A DNA stretch of 64,000 nucleotides. Origin: Narcine bancroftii. Its lineage: Eukaryota. The DNA is taken from contig NC_091476.1 of assembly GCF_036971445.1 (NCBI RefSeq), positions 81,964,001 through 82,028,000 on the forward strand, in the 5' to 3' direction. A program made the translations under genes and the position numbers. The notes under the pieces are model-generated. The model was given only the letters and a program-made list of their open reading frames with translations, searched no databases and was not told where the DNA came from. Positions 21,801 through 34,900 of this stretch are shown here, piece after piece; position 1 is the stretch's first letter; every line of letters begins with the position of its first letter.

Positions 21801-24800
21801 TCTTTGTGACGGGACCGGGATTTACTCTGTGTCCCGGCCCCGGGAGTGTGTGAAGGGTTGGAGCTTTGCTCTGTGTCCCCACCCCAGGTTTGTGTAACGG
21901 TATGGGGCTTTGCTCTGTGTGACGGGACGGGGCTTTGCTCTGTGTGACGGGACGGGGCTTTGCTCTGTGTGACGGGATGGGTCTTCACTCTGTGTGACGG
22001 GACGGGGCTTCTCTCTGTGTGACGAGACGGGGCTTCGCTCCACGTGACGGGACGGGACTTCGCTCCTCGTGACGGGACGGGGCTTCGCTCCTCGTGACGG
22101 GACGGGGCTTCGCTCCTCGTGACGGGACGGGGCTTGCTCCTTGTGACGGGACAGGGCTTCTCTCCTCGTGACGGGACGGGGCTTCGCTCCACGTGACGGG
22201 ACGGGGCTTCGCTCCTCGTGACGGGACGGGGCTTCGCTCCTCGTGACGGGACGGGGCTTCGCTCCTCGTGACGGGACGGGGCTTCGCTCTTTGTGACGGG
22301 ACGGGGCTTCGCTCCTCGTGACGGGACGGAGCTTCGCTCCTCGTGACGGGACGGGGCTTCGCTCCACGTGACGGGATGGGGCTTCCCTCCTCGTGACGGG
22401 ACCGGGCTTCGCTCCTCTTGACGGGACGCGGCTTCGCTCCTCGTGACGGTACGGGGCTTCGCTCCTTGTGACTGGACGGGGCTTCGCTCATCGTGACGGG
22501 ACGGGGCTTCGCTCCTCGTGAAGGGATGGGGCTACGCTCCTCGTGACGGGACGGGGCTTCACTCCTCGTGACGGGACGGGTCTTCGCTCCTCGTGACGGG
22601 ACGGGGCTTCCATCCTCGTGACGGGACGGGGCTTCCCTCCTCGTGACGGGACGGGGCTTCGCTCCTTGTCCCTGCCATGGGAATGTGTGACGGGAATTGG
22701 CTTCGCTCTGTGTGAAGGTATGGGGCTTCACTCTGTCTCCCCGCCCCTGGAGTGTGTGAAGGGTTCGGGTTTGCTCTGAGTCCCTGCCCCAGGTGTGTGT
22801 GAAGGGACGGGACGGGGCTTCGCTCCGTGTGACGGAAGGGACCTCGTTCCGTGTGACGGGACGGGGCTTCGCTCCGTGTGACGGGGCGGGGCTTTGCTCC
22901 GTGTGACGGGACGGGTCTTCGCTCCATGTGGGACGGGACTTCGCTCGTGTGACAGGACGGTGCTTCGGTCCGTGTGACGGAAGGGACTTCGTTCCGTGTG
23001 ACGGGACGGGGCTTCGCTCCGTGTGACGGGACAGGGCTTTGCTCCGTGTGACGGGACGGGTCTTCGCTCCGTGTGGGACTTTGCTCGTGTGACAGGACGG
23101 TGCTTCGGTCCGTGTCACGGGACGGGGCTGCGCTCCATGTGACGGAACGATGGCTTCTCTCCTTGTGACGTGACGGGGCATCTCTCCTCGTGACGGGACG
23201 GGGCTTCTCTCCTTGTGACGGGACGGGGCTTCGCTCCTTGTGACGGGACAGGGCTTCGCTCCGTGTGACGGGACAGGGTGAGACTTTACTCTGTGTGACG
23301 GGTCAGGGCTTTATTCTGTGTCCCTGCCTCGGGAGAGTGTGACGGGATGGTGCTTCGCTCTGTGTGACTGGACAGGACTTCACTCTGTCTCCCCGTCCCT
23401 GGAGTGTTTGACGGGACGGGGCGACCCTTTGTGTGACGGGACGTGGCGACGCTACGTGACTCCGCTCCAGCATTGTGTGATGGGATGGCGCTTCAATCTC
23501 TGTCCCTGCCCCGGGAGTGTGACGGGACGGGGCTCCAGTCCGTGTAAAGGGTCAAGGCTTCGCTCCGTGTGACGGGAGTGGACGAGGCTTTGCTCTGTGT
23601 GACGGAATGGGGATTTACTCTGTGTCCCTGCCCCGGGAGTGTGTGAAGGGTTGGGGCTTTGTTCTGTGTGACGGGATGGGTCTTCACTCTGTGTGAAGGG
23701 ACGGGGCTTCTCTCTGTGTGACGTGACGGGGCTTCGCTCCTCGTGACGGTACGGGGCTTCGCTCCTCGTGATGGGACAGGGCTTTGCTCTGTGTCCCTGC
23801 CCCGGGAATGTGTGAAGGGTTGGGGCTTTGCTCTGTGTCTACACCCCAGGTATGTGTGAAGGGACGGGGCTTTGCTCTGTGTGACGGGACGGCTTTGCTC
23901 TGTGTGACGGGACGGGGCTTTGCTCTGCCTGACGGGATGGGATTTCACTCTGTGTGACGGGAAGGGGCTTCTCTCTGTGTGAAGGGACGGGGCTTCGCTC
24001 TACGTGACGGGACAGGACTTTGCTCCATGTGACGGGTCGGGGCTTCGCAGCGTGTGACGGGACGGTGCTTTGCTCCGTGTGACGGGATGTGGCTTCGATC
24101 CGTATGACGGGACGGGGCTTCGCTCTTCGTGACGGGACGCGGCTTCACTCTGTTTCACCGCCCCTGGAGTTTTTGGCGGGACGGGGCGACGCTTTGTGTG
24201 ATTGGACGGGGCGATGCTACGTGCCTCCGCCCCAGCATTGTGCGACGGGATGGTGCTTCACTCTCTGTCCCTGCCCCGGGAGTGTGACGGGACGGGGATT
24301 CGCTCCGTGTGACGTATAGGTGCTTCGCTCCGTGTGACGGGAGAGGACGAGGATTTGCTCTGCGTAACGGGACAGGGCCTCGCTCTTTGTGACGGGACCG
24401 GGATTTACTCTGTGTCCCGGCCCCGTGAGTGTGTGAAGGGTTGGAGCTTTGCTCTGTGTCCCCACCCCAGGTTTGTGTGACGGGATGGGGCTTTGCTCTG
24501 TGTGACGGGACGGGGCTTTGCTCTGTGTGACGGGACGGGGCTTTGCTCTGTGTGACGGGATGGGTCTTCACTCTGTGTGAGGTGACGGGGCTTCTATCTG
24601 TGTGACGAGACGGGGCTTCGCTCCACGTGACGGGACGGGGCTTTGCTCCTCGTGACGGGACGGGGCTTCGCTCCTCGTGACGGGACGGGGCTTCGCTCTT
24701 TGTGACGGGACGGGGCTTCGCTCCTCGTGACGGGACGGGACTTCGCTCCTCGTGACGGGACGGGGCTTCGCTCCTCTTGACGGGTCGGGGCTTCGCTCCT

Positions 24801-25971
24801 CGTGACGGGACGGGGCTTCGCTCCTCGTGACGGGACGGGGCTTCGATCCGTATGACGGGACGGGGCTTCGCTCTGCGTGACGGGACGCGGCTTCACTCCG
24901 TTTCACCGCCCCTGGAGTTTTTGGCGGGACGGGGCGATGCTTTGTGTGATGGGACGGGGCGATGCTACGTGCCTCCGCCCCAGCATTGTGCGACGGGATG
25001 GTGCCTCACTCTCTTCCCTGCCCTGGGAGTGTGACGGGACGGGGCTTCGCTCCGTGTGACATATAGGGGCTTCGATCCGTGTGACGGGAGAGGACGAGGA
25101 TTTGCTCTGCGTAACGGGACAGGGCCTCGCTCTTTGTGACGGGACCGGGATTTACTCTGTGTCCCGGCCCCGGGAGTGTGTGAAGGGTTGGAGCTTTGCT
25201 CTGTGTCCCCACCCCAGGTTTGTGTAACGGTATGGGGCTTTGCTCTGTGTGACGGGACGGGGCTTTGCTCTGTGTGACGGGACGGGGCTTTGCTCTGTGT
25301 GACGGGATGGGTCTTCACTCTGTGTGACGGGACGGGGCTTCTCTCTGTGTGACGAGACGGGGCTTCGCTCCACGTGACGGGACGGGACTTCGCTCCTCGT
25401 GACGGGACGGGGCTTCGCTCCTCGTGACGGGACGGGGCTTCGCTCCTCGTGACGGGACGGGGCTTCGCTCCGTGTGACGGAAGGGACTTCGTTGCGTGTG
25501 ACGGGACGGGGCTTCGCTCCGTGTGACGGGACGGGGCTTTGCTCCGTGTGACGGGACGGGTCTTCGCTCGGTGTGGGACGGGACTTCGCTCGTGTGACAG
25601 GACGGTGCTTCGGTCCGTGTCACGGGATGGTGTTCGCTCCGTGTGACGGGACGGGGCTTCGCTCCGTGTGACGGGACGGCGCTTTCCTCTGTGTGACGGG
25701 ACGGGGCTTTGCTCCGTGTTACGGGATGGGGCTGCGCTCTGTGTGACGGGACGGGGCTGCGCTTCGTGTGATGGGACGGGGCTGCGCTCCATGTGACGGG
25801 ACGATGGCTTCTCTCCTTGTGACGGGACGGGGCATCTCTCCTCGTGACGGGACGGGGCTTCTCTCCTTGTGACGGGACGGGGCTTCGCTCCTTGTGACGG
25901 GACAGGGCTTCGCTCCGTGTGACGGGACAGGGTGAGACTTTACTCTGTGTGACGGGTCAGGGCTTTATTCT
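18833..25971. repeat. ~7.14-kb higher-order repeat unit, copy 2
   Basis: Matches 1134-8272 at +17699 apart from one 25-bp gain (~19160) and one 25-bp loss (~19810). The next B marker is at 25972 (7139 bp). Confidence 0.85.
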
Positions 25972-28900
25972 GTGTCCCTGCCTCGGGAGCGTGTGACGGG
26001 ATGGTGCTTCGCTCTGTGTGACTGGACAGGACTTCACTCTGTTTCCCCGTCCCTGGAGTGTTTGACGGGACGGGGCGACCCTTTGTGTGACGGGACGTGG
26101 CGACGCTACGTGTCTCCGCTCCAGCATTGTGTGATGGGATGGCGCTTCAATCTCTGTCCCTGCCCCGGGAGTGTGACGGGACGGGGCTCCAGTCCGTGTA
26201 AAGGGTCGGGGCTTCGCTCCGTGTGACGGGTGTGGACGAGGCTTTGCTCTGTGTGACGGAATGGGGATTTACTCTGTGTCCCTGCCCCGGGAGTGTGTGA
26301 AGGGTTGGGGCTTTGTTCTGTGTGACGGGATGGGTCTTCACTCTGTGTGAAGGGACGGGGCTTCTCTCTGTGTGACGTGACGGGGCTTCGCTCCTCGTGA
26401 CGGTACGGGGCTTCGCTCCTCGTGATGGGACAGGGCTTTGCTCTGTGTCCCTGCCCCGGGAATGTGTGAAGGGTTGGGGCTTTGCTCTGTGTCTACACCC
26501 CAGGTATGTGTGAAGGGACGGGGCTTTGCTCTGTGTGACGGGACGGCTTTGCTCTGTGTGACGGGACGGGGCTTTGCTCTGCGTGACGGGATGGGATTTC
26601 ACTCTGTGTGACGGGAAGGGGCTTCTCTCTGTGTGAAGGGACGGGGCTTCGCTCTACGTGACGGGACAGGACTTTGCTCCATGTGACGGGTCGGGGCTTC
26701 GCAGCGTGTGACGGGACGGTGCTTTGCTCCGTGTGACGGGACGTGGCTTCGATCCGTGTGACGGAACGGGGCTTCGCTCTGCGTGACGGGACGCGGCTTC
26801 ACTCTGTTTCACCGCCCCTGGAGTTTTTGGCGGGACGGGGCGACGCTTTGTGTGATTGGACGGGGCGATGCTACGTGCCTCCGCCCCAGCATTGTGCGAC
26901 GGGATGGTGCTTCACTCTCTGTCCCTGCCCCGGGAGTGTGACGGGACGGGGATTCGCTCCGTGTGACGTATAGGTGCTTCGCTCCGTATGACGGGAGAGG
27001 ACGAGGATTTGCTCTGCGTAACGGGACAGGGCCTCGCTCTTTGTGACGGGACCGGAATTTACTCTGTGTCCCGGCCCCGGGAGTGTGTGAAGGGTTGGAG
27101 CTTTGCTCTGTGTCCCCACCCCAGGTTTGTGTGACGGGATGGGGCTTTGCTCTGTGTGACGGGACGGGGCTTTGCTCTGTGTGACGGGACGGGGCTTTGC
27201 TCTGTGTGACGGGATGGGTCTTCACTCTGTGTGATGGGACGGGGCTTCTCTCTGTGTGACGAGACGGGGCTTCGCTCCACGTGACGGGATGGGACTTCGC
27301 TCCTCGTGACGGGACGGGGCTTCGCTCCTCGTGACTGGACGGTGCTTCGCTCCTCGTGACGGGACGGGGCGTCGCTCCTCGTGACGGGACGGGGCTTGCT
27401 CCTCGTGATGGGACGGGGATTCTCTCCTCGTGACGGGACGGGGCTTCGCTCCACGTGACGGGACGGAGCTTCGCTCCTCGTGACGCGACGGGGCTTCGCT
27501 CCTCTTGACGGGACGGGGCTTAGCTCCTTGTGACGGGACGGGGCTTCGCTCCTTGTCCCTGCCATGGGAGTGTGTGACGGGAAGTGGCTTCGCTCTGTAT
27601 GACGGTATGGGGCTTCACTCTGTCTTCCCGCCCCAGGAGTGTGTGAAGGGTTGGGGCTTTGCTGTGAGTCCCTGCCCCAGGTGTGTGTGATGGGACGGGA
27701 CGGGGCATCGCTCCGTGTGATGGAAGGGCTTCGTTCCGTGTGACGGGACGGGGCTTCGCTCCGCGTGACGTGACGGGGCTTCGCTCCGTGTGACGGGACG
27801 GGGCTTAGCTCCGTGTGACGGGACGGGGGTTCGCTCCGTGTGACGGGATGGGGCTTCTCTCCTAGTTACGGGACGGGGCTTCGCTCCTTGTGACGGGACG
27901 GGGCTTCGCTCCGTGTGACGGGACAGGGTGAGACTTTGCTCTGTGTGACGGGTGAGGGTTTTATTCTGTGTCCCTGCTTCGGGAGAGTGTGACGGGACGG
28001 TGCTTCGCTCTGTGAGACCTGACAGGGCTTCACTCTGTCTCCCCGTCCCTGGAGTGTTTGACGGGACGGGGCGACCCTTTGTGTGACGGGACGTGGCGAC
28101 GCTACGTGTCTGCGCCCCAGCATTGTGTGACGGGATGGCGCTTCACTCTCTGTCCCTGGCACGGGAGTGTGACGGGACGGGGCTCCAGACCGTGTAAAGG
28201 GTCGGGGCTTCGCTCCGTGTGACGGGAGTGGACGAGGCTTCGCTCCGTGTGACGGGACGGGGCTTCGCTCCGCGTGACGGATCAGGACTTTGCTCTTTGT
28301 CCCTGCCCCGGGAATGTGTGAAGGGTTGGGGCTTTGCTCTGTGTCTACACCCCAGGTATTTGTGACGGGACGGGGCTTTGCTCTGTGTGACGGGACGGGC
28401 TTTGCTCTGTGTGACGGGACGGGGCTTTGATCTGCGTGACGGGACGGGGCTTTGCTCTGTGTGACGGGAAGGGGATTTGCTCTGTGTGACAGGACGGGGT
28501 TTGCTCTGTGTGACGGGATGGGTCTTCACTCTGTGTGACGGGAAGTGGCTTCTCTCTGTGTGAAGGGACGGGGCTTCGCTCTATGTGACGGGACAGGACT
28601 TTGCTCCATGTGACGGGTCGGGTCTTCGCAGTGTGTGACGGGACGGTGCTTCGCTCCGTGTGACGGGACGTGGCTTCGATCCGTATGACAAGACGGGGCT
28701 TCACTCTGCGTGACGGGACGCGGCTTCACTCTGTTTCACCGCCCCAGGAGTTTTTGACGGGACGGGGCGACGCTTTGTGTGATGGGACGGGGCGATGCTA
28801 CGTGCCTTCGCCCCAGCATTGTGCGACGGGATGGTGCTTCACTCTCTGTCCCTGCCCCGGGAGTGTGACGGGACGGGGCTTCGCTCCGTGTGACGGATAG

Positions 28901-31900
28901 GGGCTTCGCTCCGTGTGACGGGAGAGGACGAGGATTTGCTCTGCGTAACGGGACAGGGCCTCGCTCTTTGTGACGGGACCGGGATTTACTCTGTGTCCCG
29001 GCCCCGGGAGTGTGTGAAGGGTTGGAGCTTTGCTCTGTGTCCCCACCCCAGGTTTGTGTAACGGAATGGGGCTTTGCTCTGTGTGACGGGACGGGGCTTT
29101 GCTCTGTGTGACGGGACGGGGCTTTGCTCTGTGTGACGGGATGGGTCTTCACTCTGTGTGACGGGACGGGGCTTCTCTCTGTGTGACGAGACGGGGCTTC
29201 GCTCCACGTGACGGGACGGGACTTCGCTCCTCGTGACGGGACGGGGCTTCGCTCCTCGTGACGGGACGGGGCTTCGCTCCTCGTGACGGGACGGGGCTTG
29301 CTCCTTGTGACGGGACAGGGCTTCTCTCCTCGTGACGGGACGGGGCTTCGCTCCACGTGACGGGACGGGGCTTCGCTCCTCGTGACGGGACGGGGCTTCG
29401 CTCCTCGTGACGGGACGGGGCTTCGCTCCTCGTGACGGGACGGGGCTTCGCTCTTTGTGACGGGACGGGGCTTCGCTCCTCGTGACGGGACGGGGCTTCG
29501 CTCCTCGTGACGGGACGGGGCTTCGCTCCACGTGACGGGATGGGGCTTCCCTCCTCGTGACGGGACCGGGCTTCGCTCCTCTTGACGGGACGCGGCTTCG
29601 CTCCTCGTGACGGTACGGGGCTTCGCTCCTTGTGACTGGACGGGGCTTCGCTCATCGTGACGGGACGGGGCTTCGCTCCTCGTGAAGGGATGGGGCTACG
29701 CTCCTCGTGACGGGACGGGGCTTCACTCCTCGTGACAGGACGGGTCTTCGCTCCTCGTGACGGGACGGGACTTCCATCCTCGTGACGGGACGGGGCTTCC
29801 CTCCTCGTGACGGGACGGGGCTTCGCTCCTTGTCCCTGCCATGGGAATGTGTGACGGGAATTGGCTTCGCTCTGTGTGAAGGTATGGGGCTTCACTCTGT
29901 CTCCCCGCCCCTGGAGTGTGTGAAGGGTTCGGGTTTGCTCTGAGTCCCTGCCCCAGGTGTGTGTGAAGGGACGGGACGGGGCTTCGCTCCGTGTGACGGA
30001 AGGGACTTCGTTGCGTGTGACGGGACGGGGCTTCGCTCCGTGTGACGGGACGGGGCTTTGCTCCGTGTGACGGGACGGGTCTTCGCTCCATGTGGGACGG
30101 GACTTCGCTCGTGTGACAGGACGGTGCTTCGGTCCGTGTGACGGAAGGGACTTCGTTCCGTGTGACGGGACGGGGCTTCGCTCCGTGTGACGGGACAGGG
30201 CTTTGCTCCGTGTGACGGGACGGGTCTTCGCTCCGTGTGGGACGGGACTTTGCTCGTGTGACGGGACGGGGCTTCTCTCCTTGTGACGTGACGGGGCATC
30301 TCTCCTCGTGACGGGACGGGGCTTCTCTCCTTGTGACGGGACGGGGCTTCGCTCCTTGTGACGGGACAGGGCTTCGCTCCGTGTGACGGGATAGGGTGAG
30401 ACTTTACTCTGTGTGACGGGTCAGGGCTTTATTCTGTGTCCCTGCCTCGGGAGAGTGTGACGGGATGGTGCTTCGCTCTGTGTGACTGGACAGGACTTCA
30501 CTCTGTCTCCCCGTCCCTGGAGTGTTTGACGGGACGGGGCGACCCTTTGTGTGACGGGACGTGGCGACGCTACGTGACTCCGCTCCAGCATTGTGTGATG
30601 GGATGGCGCTTCAATCTCTGTCCCTGCCCCGGGAGTGTGACGGGACGGGGATCCAGTCCGTGTAAAGGGTCGGGGCTTCGCTCCGTGTGACGGGAGTGGA
30701 CGAGGCTTTGCTCTGTGTGACGGAATGGGGATTTACTCTGTGTCCCTGCCCCGGGAGTGTGTGAAGGGTTGGGGCTTTGTTCTGTGTGACGGGATGGGTC
30801 TTCACTCTGTGTGAAGGGACGGGGCTTCTCTCTGTGTGACGTGACGGGGCTTCGCTCCTCGTGACGGTACGGGGCTTCGCTCCTCGTGATGGGACAGGGC
30901 TTTGCTCTGTGTCCCTGCCCCGGGAATGTGTGAAGGGTTGGGGCTTTGCTCTGTGTCTACACCCCAGGTATGTGTGAAGGGACGGGGATTTGCTCTGTGT
31001 GACGGGACGGCTTTGCTCTGTGTGACGGGACGGGGCTTTGCTCTGCGTGACGGGATGGGATTTCACTCTGTGTGACGGGAAGGGGCTTCTCTCTGTGTGA
31101 AGGGACGGGGCTTCGCTCTACGTGACGGGACAGGACTTTGCTCCATGTGACGGGTCGGGGCTTCGCAGCGTGTGACGGGACGGTGCTTTGCTCCGTGTGA
31201 CGGGACGTGGCTTCGATCCGTATGACGGGACGGGGCTTCGCTCTTCGTGACGGGACGCGGCTTCACTCTGTTTCACCGCCCCTGGAGTTTTTGGCGGGAC
31301 GGGGCGACGCTTTGTGTGATTGGACGGGGCGATGCTACGTGCCTCCGCCCCAGCATTGTGCGACGGGATGGTGCTTCACTCTCTGTCCCTGCCCCGGGAG
31401 TGTGACGGGACGGGGATTCGCTCCGTGTGACGTATAGGTGCTTCGCTCCGTGTGACGGGAGAGGACGAGGATTTGCTCTGCGTAACGGGACAGGGCCTCG
31501 CTCTTTGTGACGGGACCGGGATTTACTCTGTGTCCCGGCCCCGTGAGTGTGTGAAGGGTTGGAGCTTTGCTCTGTGTCCCCACCCCAGGTTTGTGTGACG
31601 GGATGGGGCTTTGCTCTGTGTGACGGGACGGGGCTTTGCTCTGTGTGACGGGACGGGGCTTTGCTCTGTGTGACGGGATGGGTCTTCACTCTGTGTGAGG
31701 TGACGGGGCTTCTATCTGTGTGACGAGACGGGGCTTCGCTCCACGTGACGGGACGGGGCTTTGCTCCTCGTGACGGGACGGGGCTTCGCTCCTCATGACG
31801 GGACGGGGCTTCGCTCTTTGTGACGGGACGGGGCTTCGCTCCTCGTGACGGGACGGGACTTCGCTCCTCGTGACGGGACTGGGCTTCGCTCCTCTTGACG

Positions 31901-34900
31901 GGTCGGGGCTTCGCTCCTCGTGACGGGACGGGGCTTCGCTCCTCGTGATGGGACGGGGCTTCGATCCGTATGACGGGACGGGGCTTCGCTCTGCGTGACG
32001 GGACGCGGCTTCACTCCGTTTCACTGCCCCTGGAGTTTTTGGCGGGACGGGGCGACGCTTTGTGTGATGGGACGGGGCGATGCTACGTGCCTCCGCCCCA
32101 GCATTGTGCGACGGGATGGTGCCTCACTCTCTTCCCTGCCCTGGGAGTGTGACGGGACGGGGCTTCGCTCCGTGTGACATATAGGGGCTTCGATCCGTGT
32201 GACGGGAGAGGACGAGGATTTGCTCTGCGTAACGGGACAGGGCCTCGCTCTTTGTGACGGGACCGGGATTTACTCTGTGTCCCGGCCCCGGGAGTGTGTG
32301 AAGGGTTGGAGCTTTGCTCTGTGTCCCCACCCCAGGTTTGTGTAACGGTATGGGGCTTTGCTCTGTGTGACGGGACGGGGCTTTGCTCTGTGTGACGGGA
32401 CGGGGCTTTGCTCTGTGTGACGGGATGGGTCTTCACTCTGTGTGACGGGACGGGGCTTCTCTCTGTGTGACGAGACGGGGCTTCGCTCCACGTGACGGGA
32501 CGGGACTTCGCTCCTCGTGACGGGACGGGGCTTCGCTCCTCGTGACGGGACGGGGCTTCGCTCCTCGTGACGGGACGGGGCTTGCTCCTTGTGACGGGAC
32601 AGGGCTTCTCTCCTCGTGACGGGACGGGGCTTCGCTCCACGTGACGGGACGGGGCTTCTCTCCTCGTGACGGGACGGGGCTTCGCTCCTCGTGACGGGAC
32701 GGGGCTTCGCTCCTCGTGACGGGACGGGGCTTCGCTCTTTGTGACGGGACGGGGCTTCGCTCCTCGTGACGGGACGGGGCTTCACTCCTCGTGACGGGAC
32801 GGGGCTTCGCTCCACGTGACGGGATGGGGCTTCCCTCCTCGTGACGGGACTGGGCTTCGCTCCTCTTGACGGGATGCGGCTTCGCTCCTCGTGACGGTAC
32901 GGGGCTTCGCTCCTTGTGACTGGACGGGGCTTCGCTCATCGTGACGGGACGGGGCTTCGCTCCTCGTGAAGGGACGGGGCTACGCTCCTCGTGACGGGAC
33001 GGGGCTTCACTCCTCGTGACGGGACGGGTCTTCGCTCCTCGTGACGGGACGGGGCTTCCATCCTCGTGACGGGACGGGGCTTCGCTCCTCGTGACGGGAC
33101 GGGGCTTCGCTCCGTGTGACGGAAGGGACTTCGTTGCGTGTGACGGGACGGGGCTTCGCTCCGTGTGACGGGACGGGGCTTTGCTCCGTGTGACGGGACG
33201 GGTCTTCGCTCGGTGTGGGACGGGACTTCGCTCGTGTGACAGGACGGTGCTTCGGTCCGTGTCACGGGATGGTGTTCGCTCCGTGTGACGGGACGGGGCT
33301 TCGCTCCGTGTGACGGGACGGCGCTTTCCTCTGTGTGACGGGACGGGGCTTTGCTCCGTGTTACGGGATGGGGCTGCGCTCTGTGTGACGGGACGGGGCT
33401 GCGCTTCGTGTGATGGGACGGGGCTGCGCTCCATGTGACGGGACGATGGCTTCTCTCCTTGTGACGGGACGGGGCATCTCTCCTCGTGACGGGACGGGGC
33501 TTCTCTCCTTGTGACGGGACGGGGCTTCGCTCCTTGTGACGGGACAGGGCTTCGCTCCGTGTGACGGGACAGGGTGAGACTTTACTCTGTGTGACGGGTC
33601 AGGGCTTTATTCTGTGTCCCTGCCTCGGGAGCGTGTGACGGGATGGTGCTTCGCTCTGTGTGACTGGACAGGACTTCACTCTGTCTCCCCGTCCCTGGAG
33701 TGTTTGACGGGACGGGGCGACCCTTTGTGTGACGGGACGTGGCGACGCTACGTGTCTCCGCTCCAGCATTGTGTGATGGGATGGCGCTTCAATCTCTGTC
33801 CCTGCCCCGGGAGTGTGACGGGACGGGGCTCCAGTCCGTGTAAAGGGTCGGGGCTTCGCTCCGTGTGACGGGTGTGGACGAGGCTTTGCTCTGTGTGACG
33901 GAATGGGGATTTACTCTGTGTCCCTGCCCCGGGAGTGTGTGAAGGGTTGGGGCTTTGTTCTGTGTGACGGGATGGGTCTTCACTCTGTGTGAAGGGACGG
34001 GGCTTCTCTCTGTGTGACGTGACGGGGCTTCGCTCCTCGTGACGGTACGGGGCTTCGCTCCTCGTGATGGGACAGGGCTTTGCTCTGTGTCCCTGCCCCG
34101 GGAATGTGTGAAGGGTTGGGGCTTTGCTCTGTGTCTACACCCCAGGTATGTGTGAAGGGACGGGGCTTTGCTCTGTGTGACGGGACGGCTTTGCTCTGTG
34201 TGACGGGACGGGGCTTTGCTCTGCGTGACGGGATGGGATTTCACTCTGTGTGACGGGAAGGGGCTTCTCTCTGTGTGAAGGGACGGGGCTTCGCTTTACG
34301 TGACGGGACAGGACTTTGCTCCATGTGACGGGTCGGGGCTTCGCAGCGTGTGACGGGACGGTGCTTTGCTCCGTGTGACGGGACGTGGCTTCGATCCGTG
34401 TGACGGAACGGGGCTTCGCTCTGCGTGACGGGACGCGGCTTCACTCTGTTTCACCGCCCCTGGAGTTTTTGGCGGGACGGGGCGACGCTTTGTGTGATTG
34501 GACGGGGCGATGCTACGTGCCTCCGCCCCAGCATTGTGCGACGGGATGGTGCTTCACTCTCTGTCCCTGCCCCGGGAGTGTGACGGGACGGGGATTCGCT
34601 CCGTGTGACGTATAGGTGCTTCGCTCCGTATGACGGGAGAGGACGAGGATTTGCTCTGCGTAACGGGACAGGGCCTCGCTCTTTGTGACGGGACCGGAAT
34701 TTACTCTGTGTCCCGGCCCCGGGAGTGTGTGAAGGGTTGGAGCTTTGCTCTGTGTCCCCACCCCAGGTTTGTGTGACGGGATGGGGCTTTGCTCTGTGTG
34801 ACGGGACGGGGCTTTGCTCTGTGTGACGGGACGGGGCTTTGCTCTGTGTGACGGGATGGGTCTTCACTCTGTGTGATGGGACGGGGCTTCTCTCTGTGTG